Source: a virus (taxonomy: Duplodnaviria > Caudoviricetes). Taken from it: 28,493 nucleotides of DNA. The stretch lies in IMG/VR virus record IMGVR_UViG_3300010398_000032, positions 1-28,493 of that record; one strand, 5' to 3'. The notes beneath the pieces are model-generated. The model worked only from the letters and a program-made list of their open reading frames with translations. It ran no database searches and had not been told where the DNA came from. Below are positions 16,601-26,110 of this stretch, one piece after another. How positions within the stretch are numbered: position 1 is the first letter of the stretch; each line of letters starts with the position of its first letter. Position numbers and translations under genes: made by a program.

Positions 16601-16942
16601 GGCCAGGTCGTGCGGCCCAATGCGCCAGCGGAAACTGGTGCCCGCAATGGCCCGGCGTTCGGCAAGATGCGCCGCAATCAGGTCTATGCGATCTTTGTCA
16701 ATCAGACCGCCGGGCTTTCGATAGGCACGCGCTTCGACAAGCTTGACCCGGTGCTATTCAGCCAAGACCCCAACGACCCTGGCGGGCCGCCGCTGCTACT
16801 CAATCAGACATTTTCCGGTATCTGGCGCGCGCCACTACAAGACGATGACACTTTTGATGGTATGCTGGCCTGGCGTGTCACGCGGCCACGACCGGCCACG
16901 ATCCAGACCGCAGGGGCTTTCATCCACACACAGGACATTTAG
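13637..16942 (+). CDS. Tail tubular protein B (nozzle, T7 gp12 / P22 gp10-like) with inserted accessory domains
   Basis: NFLGGEVS...GAWTRRPG start, GWP..GTYHEGRLW, GT..GEW, AWHAH, FLDAG, GLWHLNGQTV, VGMTY.S motifs. Confidence 0.88.
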   Translation: MGDASYVHDNFLGGEVSQTTQGWVSNEKYRTWMNRCRNALPLEQGAWTRRPGSMFCQPTRMGSPGRVLPFQFRRALPYSMEFTDGFLRFRQGPRLVTTNDNVTITGISTATPAVVTTSAPHGWANNNQVYLNITGAEQLQNRPFQITVLSPTTFSLADGVTLASINGASVGAAFASGNASRVLEIQTVYASQSWATLRAVQSEIPTAAMPASGSVFLHANFPPYVLQVVNQPTPGTFATFSLQPAVFRDGPYLDPVKGGATITPSGLSGLVNMTITFPAFDSTVAYQVGDFVSNASINYQSLQSPNLGNTPPNAAFWQPVSTGVAIGPNGFQGTDLGRLMRFYSEPPIWNNTTPYAIGNEVSYPSGVNGGYSYWKALAANTGVAPGTDTTKWSVDPAGAIWTWGRISLLANLVNPATGTAIGTLTQSGGLAAAFDGNTNQPAAQSATFNTGGAFNTQYVGKNYPGGQQVSAVTVFNPSDQPLALGVALFSNGQGGGIITSQPTQVTVNLRGKATAPANSADGTLLGTSGTLATPNSPVTIASNDQTTAWAYVWVEIISTILINAPGFIAYSSHTIGVAECQFFNPVASGAGNAVQVQILGNKLLYTTPIRVWRMGLYSNTTGWPTCGTYHEGRLWLSGVYANRIDSSVSNDIFNFAPTQVDGSVPGDRGISYVFNSPDANPIFWLEPDQLGIVGGTQAGEWLVQATSTNLPLSPTTIQAHRYTKYNMANILPARTELTLVVTQVLGRSVLEYFADVFSGRFSAHDLAQNSKHLTSKFIREICYQQELVSTIWLRMGDGSLVGDCYARRTLSTSMDAERNAWHAHTLGTGRQIEFICTGANETGTLDALTMVTNDTTSNTRFVELLTKQFKETDDPANGWFLDAGVQPTTMTAIPVGAGFPMGGAQFNGLWHLNGQTVQCTVSGLDVGQQLDTGGRQIISDFLVTNGSIQVPYGDGVNGGPGNGLFTSALATSAMAATQVIVGMTYTSDGQVVRPNAPAETGARNGPAFGKMRRNQVYAIFVNQTAGLSIGTRFDKLDPVLFSQDPNDPGGPPLLLNQTFSGIWRAPLQDDDTFDGMLAWRVTRPRPATIQTAGAFIHTQDI

Positions 16943-16953
16943 AGGGCATCCCC

Positions 16954-17496
16954 ATGCCTACGATCTTCGATATTGGCGGTGCTGGTGGTGGCTTCTTCGG
17001 GTTTGGTGGTGGGTTTAGCGCGGGCGCCGTCACCGGCATTGGTGGCATCGTCAGCGATATGTTCAACGCCGACGCCATGAAGCTGAAGGCGCAGGGCGCC
17101 GAAACCGAAGCCCAGGAATATGGCCTGGCCGCAGGCTTGGCCGACTTGAATGCTGAATACACCAAGGAAAGCACGGCGATCAAAGTCTGGCAGGAACAGC
17201 GCAAGGAAGGCCTGACCATCGGCCAGCAAGGCGCCGACATTGCCGCCAACGGGTTCCAAATGTCCGGCTCGGGCTTGGACATTATGCGTGACAGCGTGGA
17301 GCAATCGGCGCTGACACGCTCGGTGCTCGGCCAGCAAGGGCTTATTCAAGAGAAAGGTTACGAGGAACAGGCCGCGAGCTATCGGCTGATGCAATCGGCG
17401 GCGGAAACCGCCGCCAAGGCGGATCGCACCGCCGCCAAAGGCTTGGGATTTGACGCCTTGATCAAAGGGGCGGCGGTCATTGCCGGGTTCTTATAA
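16954..17496 (+). CDS. Internal virion (ejection) protein, T7 gp14-like position
   Basis: Gly-rich hydrophobic N- and C-termini, central GQQ.A..AANG..MSGS.LD motif; follows the nozzle gene. Confidence 0.7.
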   Translation: MPTIFDIGGAGGGFFGFGGGFSAGAVTGIGGIVSDMFNADAMKLKAQGAETEAQEYGLAAGLADLNAEYTKESTAIKVWQEQRKEGLTIGQQGADIAANGFQMSGSGLDIMRDSVEQSALTRSVLGQQGLIQEKGYEEQAASYRLMQSAAETAAKADRTAAKGLGFDALIKGAAVIAGFL

Positions 17497-19316
17497 TGCC
17501 GCGCGTAACCGAATTTGAAGCGCCCGACCTGGGCCTGGCGCCGACCGAAACCGGCATTGAAGCCACTGCCATGGCCGCGCGCCGTGTCAGCTACGCCTAT
17601 GAGCAAGCGGCGGAAGCCAAGCAAGTCGAAGGCAGGGGGCTGGCTGGGGCACTAACTGAAGCCTTGGAGGCCGGGCGGCAGTATGAGGTTCATCGCGAGC
17701 TAAACAATGCGGCGCCCGCCTGGGCCAATACGACATTGGCGCTCGACCGGGAATGGCACAACACGCACGCTGCCGATCCGGCCAATGAAAGCAACGGGCA
17801 TGCGTTCCTACAGAACAGCGTTCTGCCCGCAATGCAGAATTTCAAGCAGCAATTTTTTACGCCGGAAGGCCAGGAATGGGCACGAAAACGTGTCGATGAA
17901 TACACCGAGAAGATGGCGCGTAAGACGGCGGCTGATGGTGCGCGCGGTGCCGCCAATGCCTTCCCGGCCAAGGTGCAGGAGAGCGTCAACAGTTTTGCAA
18001 TGCGCGGTCACTTCGACGGCACCGAAGAAAATCTACATTCGACCCTGGACGACATGCACAAAACCGTTGGCGCCATGGGGCCAGGCAAGATCAATGACAA
18101 GGATTGGAAAAAGGCCGATGGCCAAGTCACGCGAGCATTCGTCTATGGCTACATGAAGCAGAACAATGGCGAATTTCCCAAGTGGCTCGATCCCAATTTC
18201 ACGCGGCCGGATGGCTCAAAGCCCAACTACGGCCAGCACATGGACGAAAAGACTTCGGAACAGATGGAAACATTTGGCCGCACCGTCCAAAGCTTTGATC
18301 ACAAAACGGCACAATGGGCAGAAAAGGAACAGCAAGCCAAGTATCAACAGGATTTCAACACCGACTACGATCAGATCAAAAAAGAAATGCGGCCCAAGTC
18401 GGAAACCGACAGCTATCACATGCCGGAAAATTTCTACAACCGCATTGAGGCATTGGCGGCGAGGCCTACCGCAGACTTGCCAGCCAATCGCAAGCTGATC
18501 GACGGTCTGATGAAACAGGCCGATATTCTGTTGAACCGATCTAACAAGCCGGAAACTAGGGCGGAAATTTCACACCGTAATCTGACCGACATTACTAAGG
18601 GCATTCGTGATGGCACGATCACCGATGAGCAGCAAATTTGGGATGCTTTCAACGAGGGCAAGACCAGCACAGCCGATCACAACTATGCGCTCAAGACATT
18701 CGAGGAATTGCGCCAGGTAGATGGCGACCGCATGAATGCCGCCAAGAAGCGGTTCTTTGACGCGATTGCACCGCAGATCGACAAGTCCAACCCGATACAA
18801 GGCACGCTCGACAAGAGCGGCAAGGAACAAATGTATGAATTTGAATGGATGGTGAACCAGCGAATTCAGCAATATCGGGATGCCAAACGCAACCCGTTCG
18901 ACTTGTTCGATCCCAATAAGCCAGATGATTTTCTTGGCAATCCTAAATTCATCGAGCCTTACAAAAAGGACATTTCGGAAAGCATAACCGATTACGCCAA
19001 CAGCTTTGCGGCTACCGGCCAGCCGCCTGGCCCATTGAAAGTGCCGCCGCCGCCGCCGCCGCCAGCGCCAGCGCCGCCTGGTACGTCAATAACCGGCGCC
19101 AAGTTGCCGCCGCCGGTAGAACCAATAGTGCCAACCCCACCACAGCCACCACTTTCGCCGCAACAACCGCGACTGCGCCCTGGCGAAAGCTTGCAGCATT
19201 TCGATTGGCGCACGGAAGGCAGAAGCCAGGGACCGGAGCCGGAAGGTGCTGGTGTGATAACCGGGCCTGGCCCTAACATAAATCCGACGTTCGGACTGAT
19301 CGCGCCGCGAGGGTGA
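17496..19316 (+). CDS. Internal virion (ejection) protein, T7 gp15-like position
   Basis: 606-aa largely helical protein, MPRV start, Pro-rich C-terminus; TAATG coupling. Confidence 0.6.
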   Translation: MPRVTEFEAPDLGLAPTETGIEATAMAARRVSYAYEQAAEAKQVEGRGLAGALTEALEAGRQYEVHRELNNAAPAWANTTLALDREWHNTHAADPANESNGHAFLQNSVLPAMQNFKQQFFTPEGQEWARKRVDEYTEKMARKTAADGARGAANAFPAKVQESVNSFAMRGHFDGTEENLHSTLDDMHKTVGAMGPGKINDKDWKKADGQVTRAFVYGYMKQNNGEFPKWLDPNFTRPDGSKPNYGQHMDEKTSEQMETFGRTVQSFDHKTAQWAEKEQQAKYQQDFNTDYDQIKKEMRPKSETDSYHMPENFYNRIEALAARPTADLPANRKLIDGLMKQADILLNRSNKPETRAEISHRNLTDITKGIRDGTITDEQQIWDAFNEGKTSTADHNYALKTFEELRQVDGDRMNAAKKRFFDAIAPQIDKSNPIQGTLDKSGKEQMYEFEWMVNQRIQQYRDAKRNPFDLFDPNKPDDFLGNPKFIEPYKKDISESITDYANSFAATGQPPGPLKVPPPPPPPAPAPPGTSITGAKLPPPVEPIVPTPPQPPLSPQQPRLRPGESLQHFDWRTEGRSQGPEPEGAGVITGPGPNINPTFGLIAPRG

Positions 19317-19317
19317 T

Positions 19318-22300
19318 ATGGACAAGATCACCGAATGGCGCAACGCGGGCGCGACAGAGGATCAAATCAACGCCGAAGTCCAGCGCAAGAATTCGATATG
19401 GCGCGCGGCTGGGGCCACGCAGGAACAAATTGACGCCTATTGGGGACGTGGCCCGATCATGCCGTCGTCCACGCCACAAGCCTACGAGCAACGCTTGCAA
19501 GCTGGCAATCAGACCCGCCAAGATGAACAACAGATGACGGCCAGCGTGCCTGAAGGCAGTACGGCGCTGCAAACGCCGGAAGGGCGCGGCAATTTATGGG
19601 ACAGATTTCAAAAGTATCTTTCGGATCGCGCGGACGAGCGGCGCGATTACATGCTGCACGATCAGGGTATCCTCAGTGACGCGAAAGCATTTCATGAATA
19701 TTTTGGCGATGCGCGGCTGGGTTGGAGTGAAGAAACCAACCAGCAACTTCAAAAGTACGGAATAGTCGCCACGCCCGGCAAGGTGCCTGATCCTAGCTGG
19801 GCGGCAGAACATCACTTGCCGACATTTCCATTGGCGCCAGAGGATGAAGCGGCAGCGCGCGCGATCTTGTCGGTGCCGCGCGCCATCGGCGGTGCTATCG
19901 GCGCCATGGGCGTGATGGGCGAGCGAACGCTGAATGCCTTGGGCGTTCCAATCAAGCCGGGCGACACCGCCAAGGGCATTAGCGACTTGGCCGAAGCGGC
20001 CATGAGCGGTGAATTCGGGCCGCCCGGTTCGCTGACTGGCGTAATGCCCAAGCCATCTTTCCGCGCCAAGACTGCCAGCGAAACCGTATCGGATGCAGTC
20101 AAGGCTGCGGCTCAAGAACGCCGGGCCGCCGGGCCGATCACCGATGCGCTTGTCGGGCCGACCGACAAGACAACTTCATTGGACGTGCAAAGCGGTCAGA
20201 AAGTAGCGCGGCTTGGCCGTGATTTGAATACTGGGGCGATCACCGAAGAACCCGTTGGCGGTCTGCCGACTACCGACAGCGTGAACAAGTCAACCACGGT
20301 CATCACCGGGGATGCGCCAGCGGTCGATTACGTCAAGGAAAAGCTGGTCAAGACTTGGAGTGATCAAGGCCGTCATCCTGCGGAGGTTGCGACCGATGCG
20401 CAACGTGACCCGGTTGTTGCGCAACGAACGCTGGCCGCCGATAAAGGTGTTTTGCCCTATGTAGAGGAACCGCATGTCCCTATTCCTAGACCAAGCCCTG
20501 TGCCAGGCATGGCAGGGGAAACCGAATTATTCCACGGATCAGGCCGCGAGGCTCGCTCAAGCGCCTATAACCCGGATGGTGACGCGGTTCCTGTTGCGGG
20601 GCCTGGCAAGTATTTCGCATTTGACGAAAGCCACGCGCGCGAATTCGGGCCAAATGTCGAAAAGGCGCACCTGGCTGACGCTGTTCAAAACCCACTAGTC
20701 ATCAACGATGGCGAAGCCTGGCGCGCATTGACCAAGGAAGCTGGCTGGGAATTTCCCAACCCGTTCGGTGTCGGCAAGGCCAAGCTTGAGGAATTGACCA
20801 ACAGGCTGCGGCAGTTGGTTCAAAGCAAGGGGCACGATGGCATCGTGATCCATTGGGATGATCGTATTCAGGGTGACTTTGGTCCCAACGGCGAGAACCT
20901 AAGACTACTGCGCGATATGTTTGATCGCCCGCAAGTCGTTTCCTATCGCGACAACATTGCCAAGCCGCCGGAACCGCCGCCCGCACGTCCGGCCAGGCCA
21001 ACCCATCTATTCAAAACGGCCAAAGGCTCGGAATACGAGGTACACGACGACGGCACCACGTCGCGCAACAAGGCTATTCGGCAAGAGCCTGGTCATGAAA
21101 ACGACTTTGGCCCGCAGCCGCGCAGCGAGCAAAGCTACTACCTGACCAAAGAGAACATGCAACGCCTGGCGCCGCCAGCGGAAGGCGAGTGGCGGATTAT
21201 CGACCATGGCGATGGCACGGTGTCGCTCGCCACCAAGCAGGGCAACTTATGGGGAATTTCCCCATTAGCTAAAAATGTGCCAGTCGAGCGCACGCCCAAG
21301 GTTGGATTGCAACCGCTTGAGCTATGGCAAAAGGAAAACATCTACGGCCACGACGCCTATCGCGGCATGCATCCTGGCAACGACATAACGGAAATCCACC
21401 AGCAACCGGAACAGCCGCCAGTCAGGCGCACGTCCGCTGATCTAAAGCCGCCAGTAACGCCGCCGGATACCAGGCCGCCGCTTGAGCGGGCCGGGCCGCC
21501 GATCCCGCCGGATCACACGCGGCTCTACCGCGCGGAGCCGCTTGAAGCCGCCGACGCAAACCGTGTGCCGCAATGGATCAAGGAAAGCCCAGCCTACAAA
21601 AGCATGTTAGAAGCCAGCGGGCGTTGGTTCTCGGCTGATGCTGAAAACCTGAATTGGTACATCGACCATCTGAAACACAACGGTATTAGGCCAAAGGTTA
21701 CATTTGTTGATGTGCCCAATGCCGAAGTTGAAAGCCATCGTGTTTCCAACATGGGCCGCGATGTGCAGCAGTATTCACGGCGGCCAGAGGAAGAATTCTT
21801 TTTGCCGCGTGCGTTGGCCGACCAGCGCCGAGACTTGGCGACCGGCGCCGCCGAAGCCGCAAAGCTTGGTGCCAAGCAAGCCGCGCAAGCTGAAATCACC
21901 GGGCCGCCCAAGCCAGAGGAAGTGAAGCTACCGCCGCCGATCCCCAAAAAGCCGGTCGAGGCGCTGGGAGCCAAGGGGCCAACGCCAGAACAGAATACCC
22001 TGATTGATGGCGTGATCGCCCGCGCCCGCGCGCGCGAGGCCGAAGAAGCCGCCAAACGCGAAGGCAAGCCCGTAGAGAAGCCCGCTGGTGCGCCCGCTGG
22101 CGAAGTCCCGCCACCTAAGCCGCCAGAACCGCCCAAGCCACCAGCGCCGCCGCCTGGCCCGCCTACGCCGCCTCCTACGCCGCCACCGGCCAGAACATTA
22201 GAGGAAGCGCAGGCCGCTATTGCCAAGCGCATCAGCGTGGGAGAGCGCGGCCCTAGTAAGTGGGCGGAATGGTCATCGTTCCAAGGCTGGTATCAACAGA

Positions 22301-24984
22301 TGGTGGATGGCTTTTGGCGCATCCACTCGCTCGATGACGCAGCCTATGTGCTGGCGCGGCTGACGCGCGGCTCAGTTGCCATCGCCTCGGATTTTCTAGA
22401 ATACGGCACGCGCGACTTTTTCAGCAAGCTTCGCACTGGCGCATCACTTCGGGACATTCTGAAGCCAGTCAAAAACGACATTCAGCATTTTCGGGAATAC
22501 ATCACGTCCAAGCGGGCGCTCGAAATTGAATTGTCAGGTCGTCAGTCGGGACTAAGTGCGCAGGAATTAGAGGACGCTCGCCAGGTCGTCAGCGCTGGCA
22601 CGGCCAAATATGACAAGGTTGCGCAAGACCTGACCAGCTTCCAAAACCGCATTCTGAAGTATCTCAAAGATAGCGGCATGCTGACGGATGAAGCTTATCA
22701 GGGCATGCTTGAGGGGAACAAAGCTTACATTCCGTTCTATCGGTTATTTCAAGATGATCGCATGCTGGCCAAAGGCATGGGCAAGTCGCTCGGGCCTGGC
22801 AATCCAATCAAAATGTTGAAGGGCTCGAAACGCGATATTGTCGATCCGTTAGAAAGCATCATCAAGAACACCTACCTTTATGTCACCATTGCCCATCGCA
22901 ATGCCGCTGGCATAGCCGTGATCGACGCGCTGAAGGCGCAAGGTATTGGCACCATCATCAAACCGGCGGCAGAGGGCAAGGCGGCACAGTTGAAAGAATT
23001 GGCCGACTTCCTGCGCAATGAACACAATATCGAAAAGCCGGAGGCCCTTAGTAATTTCATCAGCGAGCTAACAAAGTCGCCAGATGGCGATGTGCTGTCT
23101 GCTTACAAAAATGGCGTCAAGCAAAGCATTCGCGTGCAAGACCCATTGCTTGTGCAAGCTTTCCGCCAGCTTGATGAACAGAACATGCCGCTGGTGATCA
23201 AGATAATGGGAGCGCCAGCCAGAGCCTTGCGCGCTGGCGCGGTGCTCACGCCCGACTTCATGGCGCGCAATATCACTCGCGACTTGATGACGGCATTCAT
23301 CAACACATCGAAGGGCATCTTTCATCCACTCGATACGTTGTCGGGCCTCAAGAGTGTTCTGGCCAAGGATGAATACTATCATCGCTGGATTGCCAGCGGC
23401 GGCGCCAACGCTGCCATGGTCAGCCTCGACCGCAACTTTTTGCAGGACGATCTAGCCAAGCTGCATGGTCAGGCAGGGATATTCCAAGATTGGAATGTGG
23501 TGCGCAGCGGTTTTCGCAAGCTGCGGCTGGCATCGGAATTGTTGGAGAATGCAACGCGCGTGGCCGAATACGCGCGCCAGCTTGGCTATGATCTTGAGCA
23601 TGCCTCGCCGCAAGAAATGATGCGGGCCGGTTACGAGAGCCGGGAAATCACGCTCGACTTTGCGCGCATCGGCGCAAAGACCCGCGCCATGAACATGATC
23701 ACGGCGTTTTGGAATGCCCAGGTGCAAGGCACTGATCGCATGATCAGGCAGTTAATCGCTCATCCCGGCAGCACAATGTTGAAGATTGCCGCCGGTCTTA
23801 GCCTGCCCTCGATCTATCTGGAATGGGCACAGAAAGACGACCCGCGCATTCAGAACGCCCCGGCCTGGGCAAGAAATTATTTTTGGCTGATTGCAACTGA
23901 CAGGTGGGTGAACATCAGCGAGGCTGACGCCGCCAAGCTGACGCCGGAACAGCGCGACCCGCATCTGTTGCGCATGCGCAATGGACAATATCAGGTCAAC
24001 AATGGCACGGTCTTTCGTATTCCCAAGCCGTTCGAGCCGGGCATCATCTTCGGCAGCGGCGCGGCGGATTTATTCAGATACTACGTGCTTAATGACAAGC
24101 GGGCTTTCGAGGGCTTTACGGATGCGATGGTTGCTGGATTGCTGCCAGGCGTGATCCCGACGTTTGCCTTGCCGGTCATGGAGCAATGGACGAACCGCTC
24201 AAGCTTTACTGATCGCACGCTAATCCCGCACTGGGTTGAAAAACAATCTGGCGGCCTGCCGCAATACGAGGCCACACCTTACACCACACAGCTTGCCAAG
24301 AAAATCGGCCAGGTCATTGGATCAGTCGGGCCGATTGAGAAAATGAACCTCAATTCTAGCAGTATGTTTCATGGCATCACGCATGCCATATCGTCGCCAA
24401 TCCTGATCGAAAACTACGTCCGCGAGTGGAGTGGCGGGCTTGGCATGTATGCCTTGCAAGGCCTTGATCTTGCCTTGCGCAAGGCCGGTCAGTTGCCCAA
24501 TCCGGTCAGACCGAATGACACATTGGCTGATGTTCCTTTCATCAAAGCGTTTGTTCTGCGCAATCCCTCGGGCAGCGCCCAAGCGATCCAAGATTTTTAT
24601 GATGCGCAGCAACGCAATACAGCTTTGTTTGGCGCCATGATGGAACAGGCAAAGGCTGGTCGCCTAGAGGGAGCGCAAAACATCATGCGGGCTGGTGGTC
24701 CGCAGATGATGGCTGGCGCTCCTGGTGTGCTGCAAGGCTTCTCGGATGCTCTAAACAAGCAGGCTAAATTCGTTCGGGACATATACGACTATCCCAACTT
24801 CACCGCAGATCAAAAGCGTCAAATGATCGACCGCACCTATTGGAACATGATCGCGACTGCCAAGGGCGGCCTTCAACTTATGGACAAGATGCAGGAAAGT
24901 GGCGAGGCCGCCGCCGCGCGGAGAGCGCAACAGGAAGTGCAACAGCGACCGCCACCGACTATGGCTATGCCATTAAGTCAATGA
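19318..24984 (+). CDS. Large internal virion / polyvalent protein with two ADP-ribosyltransferase-like domains and an LPD38-like C-terminus
   Basis: 1888 aa; LFHG...GPGKYF...NPL...GHDGI (ART-PolyVal pattern); LYRAE...GRWFS...EEEFFLP; PDFMARN..RD, EN.TR.AEY, SREITLDF and IPKPFEPG..FG motifs. Confidence 0.8.
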   Translation: MDKITEWRNAGATEDQINAEVQRKNSIWRAAGATQEQIDAYWGRGPIMPSSTPQAYEQRLQAGNQTRQDEQQMTASVPEGSTALQTPEGRGNLWDRFQKYLSDRADERRDYMLHDQGILSDAKAFHEYFGDARLGWSEETNQQLQKYGIVATPGKVPDPSWAAEHHLPTFPLAPEDEAAARAILSVPRAIGGAIGAMGVMGERTLNALGVPIKPGDTAKGISDLAEAAMSGEFGPPGSLTGVMPKPSFRAKTASETVSDAVKAAAQERRAAGPITDALVGPTDKTTSLDVQSGQKVARLGRDLNTGAITEEPVGGLPTTDSVNKSTTVITGDAPAVDYVKEKLVKTWSDQGRHPAEVATDAQRDPVVAQRTLAADKGVLPYVEEPHVPIPRPSPVPGMAGETELFHGSGREARSSAYNPDGDAVPVAGPGKYFAFDESHAREFGPNVEKAHLADAVQNPLVINDGEAWRALTKEAGWEFPNPFGVGKAKLEELTNRLRQLVQSKGHDGIVIHWDDRIQGDFGPNGENLRLLRDMFDRPQVVSYRDNIAKPPEPPPARPARPTHLFKTAKGSEYEVHDDGTTSRNKAIRQEPGHENDFGPQPRSEQSYYLTKENMQRLAPPAEGEWRIIDHGDGTVSLATKQGNLWGISPLAKNVPVERTPKVGLQPLELWQKENIYGHDAYRGMHPGNDITEIHQQPEQPPVRRTSADLKPPVTPPDTRPPLERAGPPIPPDHTRLYRAEPLEAADANRVPQWIKESPAYKSMLEASGRWFSADAENLNWYIDHLKHNGIRPKVTFVDVPNAEVESHRVSNMGRDVQQYSRRPEEEFFLPRALADQRRDLATGAAEAAKLGAKQAAQAEITGPPKPEEVKLPPPIPKKPVEALGAKGPTPEQNTLIDGVIARARAREAEEAAKREGKPVEKPAGAPAGEVPPPKPPEPPKPPAPPPGPPTPPPTPPPARTLEEAQAAIAKRISVGERGPSKWAEWSSFQGWYQQMVDGFWRIHSLDDAAYVLARLTRGSVAIASDFLEYGTRDFFSKLRTGASLRDILKPVKNDIQHFREYITSKRALEIELSGRQSGLSAQELEDARQVVSAGTAKYDKVAQDLTSFQNRILKYLKDSGMLTDEAYQGMLEGNKAYIPFYRLFQDDRMLAKGMGKSLGPGNPIKMLKGSKRDIVDPLESIIKNTYLYVTIAHRNAAGIAVIDALKAQGIGTIIKPAAEGKAAQLKELADFLRNEHNIEKPEALSNFISELTKSPDGDVLSAYKNGVKQSIRVQDPLLVQAFRQLDEQNMPLVIKIMGAPARALRAGAVLTPDFMARNITRDLMTAFINTSKGIFHPLDTLSGLKSVLAKDEYYHRWIASGGANAAMVSLDRNFLQDDLAKLHGQAGIFQDWNVVRSGFRKLRLASELLENATRVAEYARQLGYDLEHASPQEMMRAGYESREITLDFARIGAKTRAMNMITAFWNAQVQGTDRMIRQLIAHPGSTMLKIAAGLSLPSIYLEWAQKDDPRIQNAPAWARNYFWLIATDRWVNISEADAAKLTPEQRDPHLLRMRNGQYQVNNGTVFRIPKPFEPGIIFGSGAADLFRYYVLNDKRAFEGFTDAMVAGLLPGVIPTFALPVMEQWTNRSSFTDRTLIPHWVEKQSGGLPQYEATPYTTQLAKKIGQVIGSVGPIEKMNLNSSSMFHGITHAISSPILIENYVREWSGGLGMYALQGLDLALRKAGQLPNPVRPNDTLADVPFIKAFVLRNPSGSAQAIQDFYDAQQRNTALFGAMMEQAKAGRLEGAQNIMRAGGPQMMAGAPGVLQGFSDALNKQAKFVRDIYDYPNFTADQKRQMIDRTYWNMIATAKGGLQLMDKMQESGEAAAARRAQQEVQQRPPPTMAMPLSQ

Positions 24985-24997
24985 CTAGGAGAGCAAC

Positions 24998-26110
24998 ATG
25001 CGAAAGCTGATACTCGCTACACTGATGCTGGTGGCGACCCCAGCATTCGCTCAAGTCCCGCCAACCATGGACCCCAATACGGTACTCGGAAGGCTAGGCA
25101 CACCAGGCCCGGCTATCTCGATCCCGTTCGCCACGCTCGGCGCGCAACTCTCGATTACGCAACTTTGCGCGGGTGCGGCATCGCCAAACCTGTTCTGTGC
25201 CACACCATCGGCAGCATCGGGCATCGCATCTTTGCGCTTGCTGGTGGGTCAGGACATTCCGCCAATCAATTTGAGTGTTGCCGGTCAAGGTGGCGTCACC
25301 GGCAATCTGCAAATTACCAACTTCAACGGTGGCATCGGTGCCAACGCTAATGCCTATTGGGCGGGCGACGGCACGTGGAAAGTCGTTGGCCAGGCGGTGA
25401 TCCCGCCGATTGCCGCCGATAGTGTGATGGCCAACGTCACGGCCAATCCGGCAGTACCAACCGGCAATACGCTCCCGATCTGCACGACCGGCAATGCGCT
25501 CACTTATAGCGGGCCAGGTTCGACCAACTATCCGCATTCATTCCAATGCGTTTCAACCAGTGGGCCGGGCGCAAACCCATCGCTTCCGTTTGCGGGCGTT
25601 CAATACAACAACTCCGGGGCATTCGGTGCCAGCGCCAATATGACTTGGAACGCTGGAACCAATACCCTGGCGCTCGGACAGCCGGGCACACAAGCCGGAA
25701 TACTGACGCTTGCTGGCGCGACCTCTGGAACCATCACAATCACTGCGCCCAATGCCGCAGGCGGCACCTTGGTGTTGCCATCACCATCAGGTGGCGGATC
25801 GTTGGCATTGATCATCGCATCAGGAACAGCGGCGCTTGGAACCGGCGCAATCGGCTCGGCAACATGCGCAACGGCAGTCACCGGAACGGCAACATTCGGC
25901 AATGTGGCAAACGTGCTGGGGACCGACGTGATCACGGCAGGGTTCAATGGCGATCCGACCGGCGTTGTGGGTTATCAGCCGTTAGCAACCGGCATGCTGA
26001 CCATCATCCCCTATCCGACAGCGGGCGCGGTAAATTTCAAGGTCTGCAATAATACCAGTGCCTCGATCACTCCCGGCGCGATCACTCTCAACTGGCGGGT
26101 TGCTCGATGA
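24998..26110 (+). CDS. Tail-fibre-like protein with N-terminal Sec signal peptide
   Basis: AGGAG SD; MRKLILATLMLVATPAFA|Q; fibre-type motifs VTGNLQITNFNGG, YWAGDGTW, VQYNNSGAFGA; 6 Cys. Confidence 0.7.
   Translation: MRKLILATLMLVATPAFAQVPPTMDPNTVLGRLGTPGPAISIPFATLGAQLSITQLCAGAASPNLFCATPSAASGIASLRLLVGQDIPPINLSVAGQGGVTGNLQITNFNGGIGANANAYWAGDGTWKVVGQAVIPPIAADSVMANVTANPAVPTGNTLPICTTGNALTYSGPGSTNYPHSFQCVSTSGPGANPSLPFAGVQYNNSGAFGASANMTWNAGTNTLALGQPGTQAGILTLAGATSGTITITAPNAAGGTLVLPSPSGGGSLALIIASGTAALGTGAIGSATCATAVTGTATFGNVANVLGTDVITAGFNGDPTGVVGYQPLATGMLTIIPYPTAGAVNFKVCNNTSASITPGAITLNWRVAR

Noticed and set aside
16954-24984. Lytic transglycosylase or lysozyme domain in the ejection proteins
   Set aside because: No recognisable catalytic motif seen by eye, so none was called.
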